Positions 1 to 9,650 of a stretch of DNA of 47,671 nt are shown one piece after another. The stretch is from an uncultured Prevotellamassilia sp. (GTDB lineage: Bacteria; Bacteroidota; Bacteroidia; Bacteroidales; Bacteroidaceae). The DNA is taken from contig CAZYHW010000002.1 in the NCBI GenBank assembly GCA_964647405.1, positions 4,130 through 51,800 of the forward strand. Direction: 5' to 3'. Position 1 is the stretch's first letter. Every line of letters begins with the position of its first letter. The notes below the pieces were generated by a model. The model made no database searches, was not told where the DNA came from, and worked only from the letters and a program-made list of their open reading frames with translations. A program made the translations under genes and the position numbers.

Positions 1-113
1 CACACCGGCAGACGGCCGACCGCGGGCGACGCGACAGGAACTGGATAAAGCGGACACGGCAGCCGTACCCCGCTCCGCCGGTGCATGGATTCCGGCACAG
101 ACCAAGTGGCAAA

Positions 114-172
114 ACAAGTCGGCGACTTGTCACGACGGTTAGCCGACCCGTTCCACCTAGTCGCCGACTTGT
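114..172. repeat. 21-bp-period palindrome array 1 (3 units)
   Basis: ACAAGTCGgCGACTTGT-cacg-ACGGTTAGcCGACCCGT-tcca-CCTAGTCGcCGACTTGT; centres at 122, 143, 164. Confidence 0.9.
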
Positions 173-421
173 TTTGTCTGCCTGTACCAACAGGAAATCC
201 CGCGACAAAGGGAGGGCTGTCGGAAACGCGGACGCACTCATCCGCCGGTACATCCCGGTAAAAGGACGACCAAGACAGTCCCTCCGCGAAGAGAATCAAA
301 GCCATCCGGCGCGCCGTTTGGGATATTATTCATAGTATTATATATTTTTAACAGCCCCCCCCGAGCTTTCAACAATAAGATACTACATTTGCGGTGTATA
401 ACTACTAAAAACATATTGACT

Positions 422-991
422 ATGCACGAATTTGTTGAGTACATTTCATCCATCCAAACTCCGACAGCCAACAGCACAAACATCTATGCCGAAAGTTCCC
501 AGTGTCGGCATAATCTGTCCCTGTATATTGAGCAGATGTTGGAAAAACGACCCACCATTCTCTTTATGGGCGAGGCTCCGGGGTATCGCGGTTGCGGAAT
601 TACCGGCATACCTTTCACGGATGAATACACACTGGCCACACACCCCTTCTTCGCGGGGCGCGGCTACGAGTATGCTAACCCTCCTGCACACGAAGCGACT
701 GCGAAGTGCGTCTGGTCATGCATAAGCGATGTCGTACCCCTCATGTGGAACATCTACCCCTTCCATCCCTTTGGAACGACTGAACAGTCGAACAGAGCAC
801 CCGGCGGTGATGAAATACGGCTGGGCAGGGAGATTGCGGAGCGTTTCATATCGCTCTTCCCCATAGAGAAGATATACGCCGTAGGCCGAACCGCCCAAGC
901 ATTTGGCCAATCCATTGAATATATACGGCATCCGTCCTTTGGAGGTCAGGCCATGTTCAAGGAATCGTGCCACAAGATTTTACGTCCTTAA
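422..991 (+). CDS. uracil-DNA glycosylase superfamily protein
   Basis: Motif A-like LFMGEAPGYRG and motif B-like IRHPSFGG; ATG 422 chosen because TACATTTG (-7 element) lies at 384-391. Confidence 0.8.
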   Translation: MHEFVEYISSIQTPTANSTNIYAESSQCRHNLSLYIEQMLEKRPTILFMGEAPGYRGCGITGIPFTDEYTLATHPFFAGRGYEYANPPAHEATAKCVWSCISDVVPLMWNIYPFHPFGTTEQSNRAPGGDEIRLGREIAERFISLFPIEKIYAVGRTAQAFGQSIEYIRHPSFGGQAMFKESCHKILRP

Positions 992-1034
992 CCCATTCCC
1001 GCTCTCCCCAGAGCGACCCGAAGTGTAGATTAAC

Positions 1035-1062
1035 GGTAGTGCCCGCCTGAGCGGGCACTACC
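1035..1062. terminator. hairpin downstream of UDG-like gene
   Basis: 12-bp perfect stem GGTAGTGCCCGC/GCGGGCACTACC, 4-nt loop; no clear U tract. Confidence 0.55.
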
Positions 1063-1181
1063 TGCTTGACAACGGTGTCCCGCCTTTAAGCAGAGAGCCA
1101 TACCGTCGCACAAAAACGGCTTTTCGCTTCCTGTATCTCACTTTTGCGATGCACTGATACAGCCCTTTCGACGAAAAGCCT

Positions 1182-1189
1182 TACCTTTG
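1182..1189 (+). promoter_or_regulatory. Bacteroidetes -7 promoter element for purA
   Basis: TACCTTTG matches TAnnTTTG. Confidence 0.55.
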
Positions 1190-1349
1190 TCTCGCCAAGA
1201 ACCCCGACAAACGGGTCTCTCAGGCATAAACGAAGGGCGCATGGGCATGTCCTTGGGTGCGCGGGGGGAACGGTTTCCTGCCCCGGGCGTGACAAGACGG
1301 ACGTGCCGCCGCTCCCGGACACGACAAAAGTAAATCCATACAAACAACA

Positions 1350-2618
1350 ATGAATACCGGAAAAATAGATGCCCTCCTGGGTATCGTCTTCGGCGACGAA
1401 GGCAAAGGAAAAGTAGTAGACTTCTTCACTCCGAAATACGACGTGGTGGCTCGCTTTGCCGGTGGGCCGAACGCCGGGCACACCATCATCTTCGAAGGGA
1501 AGAAGTTCGTGCTGCGTTCCATACCTTCGGGTATTTTCTGCAAGGACACCGTAAACATTATCGGCAACGGCTGCGTCATCGCTCCCGACCTCTTCATGGA
1601 CGAAGCCCGCGAGCTTGAAAACGCCGGCTACGACCTGGCCAGCCGTCTGCACATCAGTCAGCGCGCCCACCTCATCCTGCCGACCCATCGCCTGCTCGAC
1701 CGCGCTTATGAGGCCGCCAAGGGAAAGGGAAAGGTAGGCACGACGGGGAAAGGTATCGGCCCGACATACAGCGACAAGGCTGCACGCATCGGGCTGCGCG
1801 TCGGCGACATCTTCGAGAACTTTGAGGAGAAGTACCAGCGTCTCAAAGCCCGCCATGAGCAAATCCTGAAAGACCTGGGCTACACAGAATACGACCTCAC
1901 AGCCGACGAGAAACACTGGATGGAGGGTGTGGAATTCATGCGGGGCTTCCAGATTACCGACACCGCCCTCGAAATCAACAAACTCCTGAAAGAAGGGAAA
2001 AGCGTACTGGCCGAAGGGGCACAAGGTTCCCTGCTCGACATCGACCATGGCACCTACCCGTTCGTTTCGTCGTCGAGTACCACTTGCGGCGGGGTATGCA
2101 CGGGACTTGGTGTCGCTCCCCGGTATATCGGTGAGGTGTTCGGCATTTTCAAGGCATACAGTACGCGCGTCGGGTCGGGTCCCTTCCCGGTGGAGTTGTT
2201 TGACGAAACCGGCGACACTATCCGCAGCATCGGCAAGGAGTTCGGAGCGGTCACCGGGCGTAACCGCCGCTGTGGTTGGATAGACCTTGTGGCACTCCGC
2301 TACGCCATCACGATCAACGGGGTCACGCAGCTCGTCATGATGAAAAGCGACGTGCTCGACGGTTTCGACACCATCAAAGCCTGTGTCGCCTACCGGAAAG
2401 ACGGCGTGACCACGACCGAAATGCCTTTCGACACCGCAGGATGGTCTCCCGTCTATGAGGAACTGCCCGGATGGCACACCGACTTGACGGGCATCCATGA
2501 CGAAAAGGACTTCCCGCCGGCTTTCAAAGCCTATGTGGCCTATCTCGAAGAGCAACTCGGCACGCCCATCACGATTATCTCCGTCGGGCCCGACCGCGAG
2601 GCGACCATCATCCGCTGA
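1350..2618 (+). CDS. purA: adenylosuccinate synthetase
   Basis: GDEGKGK, GPNAGHT, GTTGKGIGPTY, EGAQG and GAVTGRNRRCGW motifs; 422 aa. Confidence 0.98.
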   Translation: MNTGKIDALLGIVFGDEGKGKVVDFFTPKYDVVARFAGGPNAGHTIIFEGKKFVLRSIPSGIFCKDTVNIIGNGCVIAPDLFMDEARELENAGYDLASRLHISQRAHLILPTHRLLDRAYEAAKGKGKVGTTGKGIGPTYSDKAARIGLRVGDIFENFEEKYQRLKARHEQILKDLGYTEYDLTADEKHWMEGVEFMRGFQITDTALEINKLLKEGKSVLAEGAQGSLLDIDHGTYPFVSSSSTTCGGVCTGLGVAPRYIGEVFGIFKAYSTRVGSGPFPVELFDETGDTIRSIGKEFGAVTGRNRRCGWIDLVALRYAITINGVTQLVMMKSDVLDGFDTIKACVAYRKDGVTTTEMPFDTAGWSPVYEELPGWHTDLTGIHDEKDFPPAFKAYVAYLEEQLGTPITIISVGPDREATIIR

Positions 2619-2635
2619 CCTTGCCTTAGTTTGGT

Positions 2636-2753
2636 ACGTGAAAGCCCTGCGCATATGTTGCGCAGGGCTTTCACGTTATGCCTGTCCTGTCCCGGTTTCG
2701 GGAGTCTTAGACCCAAAGCGGGCGGGAAGCCTTGACAGCCGTCCCGCCCGCTT
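2636..2753. terminator. two hairpins between convergent purA and rubrerythrin genes
   Basis: 18-bp perfect stem 2636-2653/2659-2676; second stem 2716-2727/2742-2753 followed by a T run. Confidence 0.7.
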
Positions 2754-2782
2754 GCTTTTTCAGTCCGAATGCCTTCGCGGAA

Positions 2783-3331
2783 TTACTTCTTGAAGTAACG
2801 GTTATACAGTCCCTCGAATCCGCGTCCGTGGCGAGCCTCGTCGCGTGCCATCTCGTGCACAGTGTCGTGGATAGCGTCGAGGTTGAGTTCCTTGGCACGC
2901 TTCGCGATGCGCGTCTTGTCGGCACAGGCACCGCTTTCAGCCGCCATGCGCTTTTCGAGGTTGGTCTTCGTGTCCCACACGCAGTCACCGAGCAATTCGG
3001 CAAACTTCGAGGCATGTTCGGCCTCCTCCCAGGCATAACGCTTAAAGGCTTCTGCAATTTCGGGATAGCCTTCACGGTCGGCTTGCCGGCTCATGGCCAG
3101 ATACATCCCCACTTCCGTGCATTCGCCCATAAAGTGGCTGTTGAGGTCTTTTATCATCTCTTCGTCGCAGCCCTTGGCCACGCCAAGCTCATGCTCGGCA
3201 ACGAATTCCAGTCCCTCGTCGGCCATTTCCTTGAACTTCGACGCAGGTACTCCGCAAAGCGGGCATTTCTCGGGAGCGGTGTCCCCTTCGTGTACGTAAC
3301 CGCACACGGTGCAAATGAACTTCTTTTTCAT
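2783..3331 (-). CDS. rbr: reverse rubrerythrin / NADH peroxidase
   Basis: N-terminal rubredoxin-like CTVC...CPLC followed by di-iron motifs EAEH and EARH. Confidence 0.92.
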   Translation of the reverse strand: MKKKFICTVCGYVHEGDTAPEKCPLCGVPASKFKEMADEGLEFVAEHELGVAKGCDEEMIKDLNSHFMGECTEVGMYLAMSRQADREGYPEIAEAFKRYAWEEAEHASKFAELLGDCVWDTKTNLEKRMAAESGACADKTRIAKRAKELNLDAIHDTVHEMARDEARHGRGFEGLYNRYFKK

Positions 3332-3383
3332 GTCCTTGTTCGTTTAATTATTTATATGTCCCTCCGGCCACGTGCCGTCGGGT

Positions 3384-3812
3384 TCAGTTTTCCTGTTCTT
3401 TTCCGAGGCATTGGCAGCACGTGCCCCGGTAGTAGATGTCGGCATCGACGGCTTTGTGTCCGCCGGGAAGCATCCCGGTCGTCACTCCTGCCACTTCGAC
3501 GGTTGGCAGGTCGTAGACACGGCCGCAAGACGTGCAGAGAAAATGGGCATGCGGCTCAACTTCCGCATCGAAACAGACGTTGTGTTCGTCGATGGTCAGC
3601 ATCCGCGCCGCACGATGCTCCACCAAAAGGCGCAACGTGTTGTACACGGTGGTCTTCGACAGTGTCGGGATGTCGTTCAGCACGTTCACGTAAATCTCGT
3701 CGGCTGTCGGGTGCGTGCGGTGATTCCGAAGGTATTCCATCACGGCAATCCGCTGCACCGAAGGCTTCACCTGGTGTTGCAGCAAGTAGTCGTAAGTCGA
3801 AATCTTGTCCAT
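3384..3812 (-). CDS. Fur-family transcriptional regulator (PerR-like)
   Basis: HPTADEIY, TTVYNTL, HAHFLCxxC and C-terminal CxxC; directly upstream of rubrerythrin; ATG at 3812 (alternative TTG at 3818). Confidence 0.9.
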   Translation of the reverse strand: MDKISTYDYLLQHQVKPSVQRIAVMEYLRNHRTHPTADEIYVNVLNDIPTLSKTTVYNTLRLLVEHRAARMLTIDEHNVCFDAEVEPHAHFLCTSCGRVYDLPTVEVAGVTTGMLPGGHKAVDADIYYRGTCCQCLGKEQEN

Positions 3813-3820
3813 ATTCAAAA

Positions 3821-3858
3821 TTTGTATTGCTTACATAGTTCTTATGACTGCAAAATTA
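3821..3858 (-). promoter_or_regulatory. promoter -7 element and candidate PerR operator
   Basis: TAATTTTG on the minus strand at 3851-3858; imperfect palindrome TGTA-TTGCT-TACA at 3823-3835, between promoter and start codon. Confidence 0.45.
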
Positions 3859-3935
3859 GAACTTTCCTTTTAACCGACAAAAATATTCAGAAGAAAATTA
3901 CGTAATTTTGTCCGGCATGACGATCGACGGTATTG

Positions 3936-4263
3936 TCCGACAGCAAATACAGCAAGGCATGGAGGTCATTCACATCCCGCAAGCCACCGTATCCTGCCCA
4001 CTGTGGGACAGACACCGCCCGCCGCACGTCCTGTTCCCTGCCCGTTGCTGCGACACAGGCCGCCAAGGGATGAAACCGACTTCCCGGGAAGGCGCGCCGG
4101 GTCGCCGACTTGTTCAGACAAGTCGCCGACTCGTGGCGACAGGTCGGCGACTAGTCACAACGGATAGCCGACCCGTTTTCACTGCCCGCTCCATCGCCCG
4201 GCAGGGCTGCGGTATTCATTATTCCGGAACTGTGCCCGATAGGAAAGTGTGGCGTTTTTATTT
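3936..4263 (+). repeat. ~330-bp dispersed element, copy A (contains array 2)
   Basis: Colinear similarity with 19831-20160 over the full length, e.g. GGAGGTCAT(T/C)CACATCCCGCA and TTCCGGAACT. Confidence 0.85.
4097..4176. repeat. 21-bp-period palindrome array 2 (4 units)
   Basis: Centres at 4105, 4126, 4147, 4168; spacers tcag, ggcg, caca. Confidence 0.92.
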
Positions 4264-4274
4264 AGTTTTGCAGC

Positions 4275-4979
4275 ATGACGATTGACGACTTCATACACGA
4301 ACAACTCACCGCACACGCCGACAGCCGTCTGGCAGCGTTCAACCGTCGGCTTCTTCCCGGCATCACTCGGCGCGTGCTCGGCGTCCGCATTCCCCGGCTA
4401 CGCACGCTGGCCCGCGAGTTGGCCTTGCGCGACGACGCGGCGGCGTGGCTCGCAGGCAGCCGTGCCGAGGCCACGTTCGAGGAGGTCATCCTGCACGGCC
4501 TCCTCGTCGGCCGCCTGAAAGCCGATGCCGACACGTGGTTCGCCCGTGTGGCAGCCTATGTGCCGCTCATAGACAACTGGGCCGCCTGCGACGTGCCCTG
4601 CTCGTCGTTCACCGCCATCCGCCGCCATGCCGGGCGGGGGTGGGACTTCCTCCGCCCCTATCTGGACAGCCGTCAGGAATACGAGCAGCGTTTCGGTATC
4701 GTCATGTTGCTCGATCACTACACGGACGAGGCGCACGCGGGGACTGTGGTCGAACGCCTCGCCGGTCTGTCGACCGAGGCCTACTACGCCCGCATGGCAC
4801 AGGCCTGGGCGTTGTCCATGTGCTTTATCAAGTTTCCCGAGATCACCTTTCCCGTCCTCGCCCCCGGCGTGCTCCATCCCGACGTGCGCCGGATGACTTT
4901 ACAGAAAATCATGGAGTCGCGCCGCCTCGGCGATGCCTGGCGCGAAACCATACAGAAAATGCGTCAAATCCACCAATGA
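4275..4979 (+). CDS. DNA alkylation repair protein (AlkD-like HEAT-repeat)
   Basis: LGVRIPRLR, IDNWAACD and YYARMAQAWALS motifs typical of the family. Confidence 0.85.
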   Translation: MTIDDFIHEQLTAHADSRLAAFNRRLLPGITRRVLGVRIPRLRTLARELALRDDAAAWLAGSRAEATFEEVILHGLLVGRLKADADTWFARVAAYVPLIDNWAACDVPCSSFTAIRRHAGRGWDFLRPYLDSRQEYEQRFGIVMLLDHYTDEAHAGTVVERLAGLSTEAYYARMAQAWALSMCFIKFPEITFPVLAPGVLHPDVRRMTLQKIMESRRLGDAWRETIQKMRQIHQ

Positions 4980-6136
4980 GAACAATCATCTTACTTGCGG
5001 CCATGTGGTTCGCCTTGCTCGCCGCCACCGCCCAGCCTTCACGCCCCACCCGCTTGGGGAACAGCCTTTCCTACATCCCCGCCGACAGTGTCATGTTGTT
5101 CAGTCTCGGCAGCAACTGGCGGACGATGGCCCTGCTTGCCGACACGACGGCGCGCCCCGTCGCCATCGAGCCTTTCGGAAAAGACCAGTTCGACGGGCAG
5201 GCCGCCGCATGGGAAGCCTGCGTCCGCGACAGCCTGAACCTCGTGGGCGGAACGGGCGACGAGCTCGCCGACCCGCAAACACGCCCCGCCCTGCGTATGC
5301 TCGACCTTTCGGCGCGGCTCTTCCTCTCGACCGGCGACGCACGCTATGTCGAGACTTACGAGCGTGCGCTCTTCAACGCCGTCACCGCCGGAGCCCTCGC
5401 AAGACCAATCACCGACGGAACGCGCGAAGCCGCCACCGCCCTCATGACCGCGCCCTCGCTGGTCTATGCAACCGGCGACGACGGCATCTTCGTCAACCTC
5501 TTTGCCAATTGTTATGCCCGCTTTGACACACCCGTCTTCCAAGGCTCAATCGACCAAGTGACCGACATGCCGACCACCGGCGATGTCGTCTTGCGCCTAC
5601 GCCCTCGCCACAACGGCTACCAGGCCACCTTGTGGGTGCGCCTGCCACGCTGGGCCGAGGGGCGGATTGTACCCGAGGAGCGGTACGTCGCGGATGAGGA
5701 AATGCCGCTCCCGACAGTCTACGTCAACGGGAAAGAACTCCTTTCGTCCGAAACCGCGCGGGGCTATCTCGTCATCCGGCGCAAATGGAACAGCGGCGAC
5801 GAAGTGCGCATCAGTTTCCCTCTCCCCGTCACGTCCGTGCGGCGCGCCGAAAACGGGCAGGCCACCGGCAATACCGTGGCCTTGACCCGCGGTCCGCTGA
5901 CCTATGTCGGCCTGCCGGCATCCGCCGGTTCCGCCTTGTCGACTGCCCATTGGCCCGACATTGACTTTGACCGGGCGCAGGCCGAGTTTACCCCGCTTGC
6001 GGGTCACTTCTATCCCGCCACCGGAAACGGCGGTGCCTCCGACACGCCGGGAGCGGAATTCTTCGCCGTCCCTTATGCCTATGCCTCACCGGCTGCCATG
6101 CCTTTGCTGACCGCCTGGTGGCCGGTCGATGACTGA
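4976..6136 (+). CDS. secreted GH127 (beta-L-arabinofuranosidase)-like protein, shortened
   Basis: ATG overlaps the upstream TGA (ATGA); signal peptide MRTIILLAAMWFALLA; RLFLSTGDARYVETYERALFN, VRLPRWA, GYLVIRRKWNSGDEV and VALTRGPLTY resemble the GH127 C-terminal part. Confidence 0.7.
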   Translation: MRTIILLAAMWFALLAATAQPSRPTRLGNSLSYIPADSVMLFSLGSNWRTMALLADTTARPVAIEPFGKDQFDGQAAAWEACVRDSLNLVGGTGDELADPQTRPALRMLDLSARLFLSTGDARYVETYERALFNAVTAGALARPITDGTREAATALMTAPSLVYATGDDGIFVNLFANCYARFDTPVFQGSIDQVTDMPTTGDVVLRLRPRHNGYQATLWVRLPRWAEGRIVPEERYVADEEMPLPTVYVNGKELLSSETARGYLVIRRKWNSGDEVRISFPLPVTSVRRAENGQATGNTVALTRGPLTYVGLPASAGSALSTAHWPDIDFDRAQAEFTPLAGHFYPATGNGGASDTPGAEFFAVPYAYASPAAMPLLTAWWPVDD

Positions 6137-6167
6137 CCGCCCCGCAGTGCCATCACCGGCACAGGAA

Positions 6168-6247
6168 ACAGGTCGCCGACTTGTTTCGTCTAGTCGCCGA
6201 CCCGTGGCATCAGGTCGCCGACCTGTCACGACGGATAGCCGACCTGT
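6168..6247. repeat. 21-bp-period palindrome array 3 (4 units)
   Basis: Centres at 6176, 6197, 6218, 6239; spacers ttcg, ggca, cacg. Confidence 0.92.
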
Positions 6248-6431
6248 GCAACGAACCGGTATGTCCACCGGAACTGAAAGCAGATTACGCAGGAAAGAGA
6301 GCCACCCACATGCCTGCGAAAGGCTACTGGGAAAAAAATCAACCCCCGGACATTTTTTCCCCTACCATTCCGACACAATACAATTCCCTTTTACTATCTT
6401 TGCCCTAATATCTTCTTAAATCACATATTAC

Positions 6432-7928
6432 ATGAAAAAAACTACTACTTCGCTCCTCTGTCTGTTGACCATGGGATTGGCGAGCCTTCCCGCCTCGGCA
6501 CAAGAGCTGTTCGAGGAACAAACACTGGCCAATCCGGACAACACCCCGTCGCCCGTATTCCCCGTGCCCACGGAACGGCAGCTCGCCTGGCACAAAATGG
6601 AGTTCTACGGCTTTTGCCACTATGGCTTTAACACGTTTATTAACATGGAGTGGGGCAATACGACATACCCCGACCCCACGCTGTATGCCCCGTTGAGCAT
6701 TCCCGACTGCGACCAGTGGGTGGAGGCCATGAAGAGCGCCGGCATGACGGGAGTAGTCGTCATTTGCAAGCACCACGACGGCTTCTGCCTCTGGCCTACG
6801 GCGACGACTGACTTCTGCGTGACGAACAGCGGCGGCGTAGGCCCGCAGGTCGACGTGCCCCAGCTCATCTCCGAGGCTTGCCAGAAATACGGCATGAAGT
6901 TCGGTGTCTATCTCTCGCCGTGGGATTCCAACGCCGAGACATACGGCACGGCCGACTACGTGCAAGGCATGTACCGCGACCAGCTCCGCGAATTGCTGAC
7001 CAACTACGGCGACGTGTTCGAGGTATGGCTCGACGGTGCCAACGGCGGAAGCGGATATTATGGAACCGAGAGCCTTACGAGCCGCTCCATAGACAAGACG
7101 ACCTACTACGACTGGGCAAATACCGCCGCCCTGATTCACGAACTCCAACCCAACGCCATGGTGTGGGGACGGGAGTTCCGCTGGTGCGGGAACGAGGACG
7201 GATACTCCGGCACGACCTGCTGGTCGAACATGGACATAGCTTCCGTGCAAAACGAAGGCAACAACAACATCGGCTATGAGGAGGGCTTCGAATTCATTCC
7301 CTCCGAGTCGGATGTCCGCACGTCGTCAAACTGGTTCTGGCACCCCGGCGAAAGCATCAAGACAGCCGAAGCACTCTACAAAATCTACCTTGAAACCGTC
7401 GGCCGCAACGCCACGCTCATCATGAACTGCGCCCCGGACACCAACGGCGTACTGAGCACAACGCTCGTGACCCGGCTGGGCGAACTCGGCGACCTGATAG
7501 AAACGCGCCTCTCGGACAACTTTGCCACAACTGCTACGGCAGTCACGGCCGACTATACGAGAAGCGGCGGGAACTACGAGGCCAAGAACACCACCGACGG
7601 CGACGAAGACACGTATTGGGCGACTGACGACGACCAAACGACGGGTTCCGTCACCATTGAGCTGTCCAGTTCCCAGGACATACACTACGTGACGCTCCAG
7701 GAATACATCAAGCTCGGACAGCGTGTGCGTTCGTTCACCATTGAATATAGTTCCGACGGTACGACATGGGACACCTTTGCCGAGGGAACGACGATCGGCT
7801 ACAAACGAATCATGGCCAAGGACAACGACACGTCGAGTTATGGCGACGGTGTCAACGCCCGCTACATCCGTGTCAACATCACGGACAGCCGCGCCTGCCC
7901 GCTCATCAGCAACATCGCCATCTACTAA
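6432..7928 (+). CDS. alpha-L-fucosidase (GH29) with C-terminal F5/8 type C-like domain
   Basis: Signal peptide; PTERQLAW, KHHDGFCLWPT, GVYLSPWD, EVWLDGANGG, WFWH and TTIGYKRI motifs; TATCTTTG promoter element at 6395-6402. Confidence 0.92.
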   Translation: MKKTTTSLLCLLTMGLASLPASAQELFEEQTLANPDNTPSPVFPVPTERQLAWHKMEFYGFCHYGFNTFINMEWGNTTYPDPTLYAPLSIPDCDQWVEAMKSAGMTGVVVICKHHDGFCLWPTATTDFCVTNSGGVGPQVDVPQLISEACQKYGMKFGVYLSPWDSNAETYGTADYVQGMYRDQLRELLTNYGDVFEVWLDGANGGSGYYGTESLTSRSIDKTTYYDWANTAALIHELQPNAMVWGREFRWCGNEDGYSGTTCWSNMDIASVQNEGNNNIGYEEGFEFIPSESDVRTSSNWFWHPGESIKTAEALYKIYLETVGRNATLIMNCAPDTNGVLSTTLVTRLGELGDLIETRLSDNFATTATAVTADYTRSGGNYEAKNTTDGDEDTYWATDDDQTTGSVTIELSSSQDIHYVTLQEYIKLGQRVRSFTIEYSSDGTTWDTFAEGTTIGYKRIMAKDNDTSSYGDGVNARYIRVNITDSRACPLISNIAIY

Positions 7929-7960
7929 TCCCGTAATAACCGACAAACGAACCAATCAGT

Positions 7961-9631
7961 ATGATACAACATAAATTATTCCTTGCCACAGCGGCACTGG
8001 CCACCACGCTCAGCGTCCAAGCACAGGACGTGGACTGCGACTTCGAGACGCAGGACTATCAGAGCGTATCGACCTACGACTCTTGGGTAGACTCGCCCCT
8101 GCGCACCGGCGTACTCGCCGGTCACGCCAAAGTAGTTGAAAATCCTTATAAGGACGACGACAACGCGAGCGACAGTGTTGTCGCTTTCCAACGCTCACGC
8201 TACGGCGGCCAGTTCTACGGGGCGCGCATCGACCTCAACGAACCGTTCTCCCTGTCGACGACCACGCAATATGTCCATGCCTATATCTACTCGCCCAAAG
8301 GCGGCACGGTCGGCCTTGTCGGCTTGGGCTGCTGCGGGAATCTGGAAGCAGAACTGGGCACGGAGGTAGAACAGTTCATCGTCCTGGGCAACAAGGACAT
8401 CGAAGCGGGTACTTGGACGGACGCGGTGTTCCCCATCAGCGGCAATGAGGATGTCCGTGTTTACAGTCTCGTCATCGCGCCCGACGCATCCATCAATCCG
8501 GCAAGCGGTGAGGACTTCATGGTCTACATTGACAACATCACCCTCAATTCAATTGCCTCTCCGCGCATCTCAATCGGCGAGTACGCGCTCAACTTCGACG
8601 CGGACCAAGCCGTGACCCGGACTGACCGCTACCTCAGCCGCATGAGTTTCCGCGCCGGAAGCAAGTCGGCCGGCATTACCGCCACCACGAAATGCCGCTC
8701 AACGGTCTACGTCGACATGACCGAGGACTTCACCATCAACGTACAGGCGGGCGACCTCATGAGAGCCACCTACACATGGACCGGAAGCTATATGCACAGC
8801 TACACCTACGCCGACTGGGGCAACGACGGCAAGTTCGACGTTGACCTCGAATCCGACGAGCCGGCCGTAGACAGCGACCTCATGACCTATTCCTACTATA
8901 ACGGTACGGACAGCAACGGGAATACGAAAGCCTCTGGCGTAGGCGTGACCACGCCCACCTATTACATTCCCGAAAATCAGGCACGTGGCATCTACCGTGG
9001 CCGTACCAAGATCGACTGGAACAACGTCGACCCGGCCGGAAACATCTCTTCGGACAACAACATCGTCGACAACGGCGGTAACATCGTCGACTATCTCATC
9101 AATGTCTACACGGACAACGTCAGTCTGAACGTTACGTCCCGCATGTGCACCGTCACGTTGCAGGATGGCAGTGCCCTACCCGACTCCGTCGCTTTCAATG
9201 AGGACTTGAACCTGACCGTGAACATGGACGAGGGATATTACATCCAGTCGCTCGAAATCACGCACGGCTATAACCTTACCGGCGACCAGTACATCCACGG
9301 CAACCGCCAGTATAGCACGGACACGCTCGACTGCGAGGGCTTGACGGACATCACCATCCCCGCCTCGCTCGTCGACGGCGACCTCTCCATAACCGTGAAC
9401 TTTACCAATACGCCTCCGGTGGGCATCACGCAAGCAAGCGCAGCATCGCCGATCGACGTGTCGGTGGAGGGAAACGCCATCGTGCTCCGCAGCGAAAAGG
9501 CACAACCTTACAAGGTCGTGACGACTGACGGACGCACCATCGCGCAAGGCACGGTGAACGGGACAAAAAAGCTCCCCAACCTGGTGACCGGTGTCTACGT
9601 GGTGAACGACAAGAAGTGCGTGATTAACTAA
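7961..9631 (+). CDS. secreted protein with GEVED-like domain and T9SS-type C-terminal sorting domain
   Basis: Signal peptide; YADWGNDGKF...GIYRGRTKIDW...GGNIVDY (GEVED-like); ends GVYVVNDKKCVIN. Confidence 0.7.
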   Translation: MIQHKLFLATAALATTLSVQAQDVDCDFETQDYQSVSTYDSWVDSPLRTGVLAGHAKVVENPYKDDDNASDSVVAFQRSRYGGQFYGARIDLNEPFSLSTTTQYVHAYIYSPKGGTVGLVGLGCCGNLEAELGTEVEQFIVLGNKDIEAGTWTDAVFPISGNEDVRVYSLVIAPDASINPASGEDFMVYIDNITLNSIASPRISIGEYALNFDADQAVTRTDRYLSRMSFRAGSKSAGITATTKCRSTVYVDMTEDFTINVQAGDLMRATYTWTGSYMHSYTYADWGNDGKFDVDLESDEPAVDSDLMTYSYYNGTDSNGNTKASGVGVTTPTYYIPENQARGIYRGRTKIDWNNVDPAGNISSDNNIVDNGGNIVDYLINVYTDNVSLNVTSRMCTVTLQDGSALPDSVAFNEDLNLTVNMDEGYYIQSLEITHGYNLTGDQYIHGNRQYSTDTLDCEGLTDITIPASLVDGDLSITVNFTNTPPVGITQASAASPIDVSVEGNAIVLRSEKAQPYKVVTTDGRTIAQGTVNGTKKLPNLVTGVYVVNDKKCVIN

Positions 9632-9650
9632 ATCCCCGCACAAGCACACG

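Noticed and set aside
1-35. Possible further array units at the window start
   Set aside because: Too degenerate, not in 21-bp phase with array 1, and truncated by the window edge.
81-335. Small ORFs with (T/P)SRRLV or VADL heptad repeats (also 6129-6419, 9781-10023, 19798-20139, 24231-24461)
   Set aside because: They arise from translating the 21-bp arrays on either strand. Starts, lengths and flanks are not conserved, and the two related elements differ by frameshifts. Only 3917-4285 has a plausible promoter and ATG.
4445-4975. N-terminal extensions given by the ORF track (4445, 11277, 14205, 15435, 19717, 32184, 40922, 45091)
   Set aside because: They overlap neighbouring genes, arrays or promoter elements. 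Downstream ATGs give family-typical N-termini or signal peptides.
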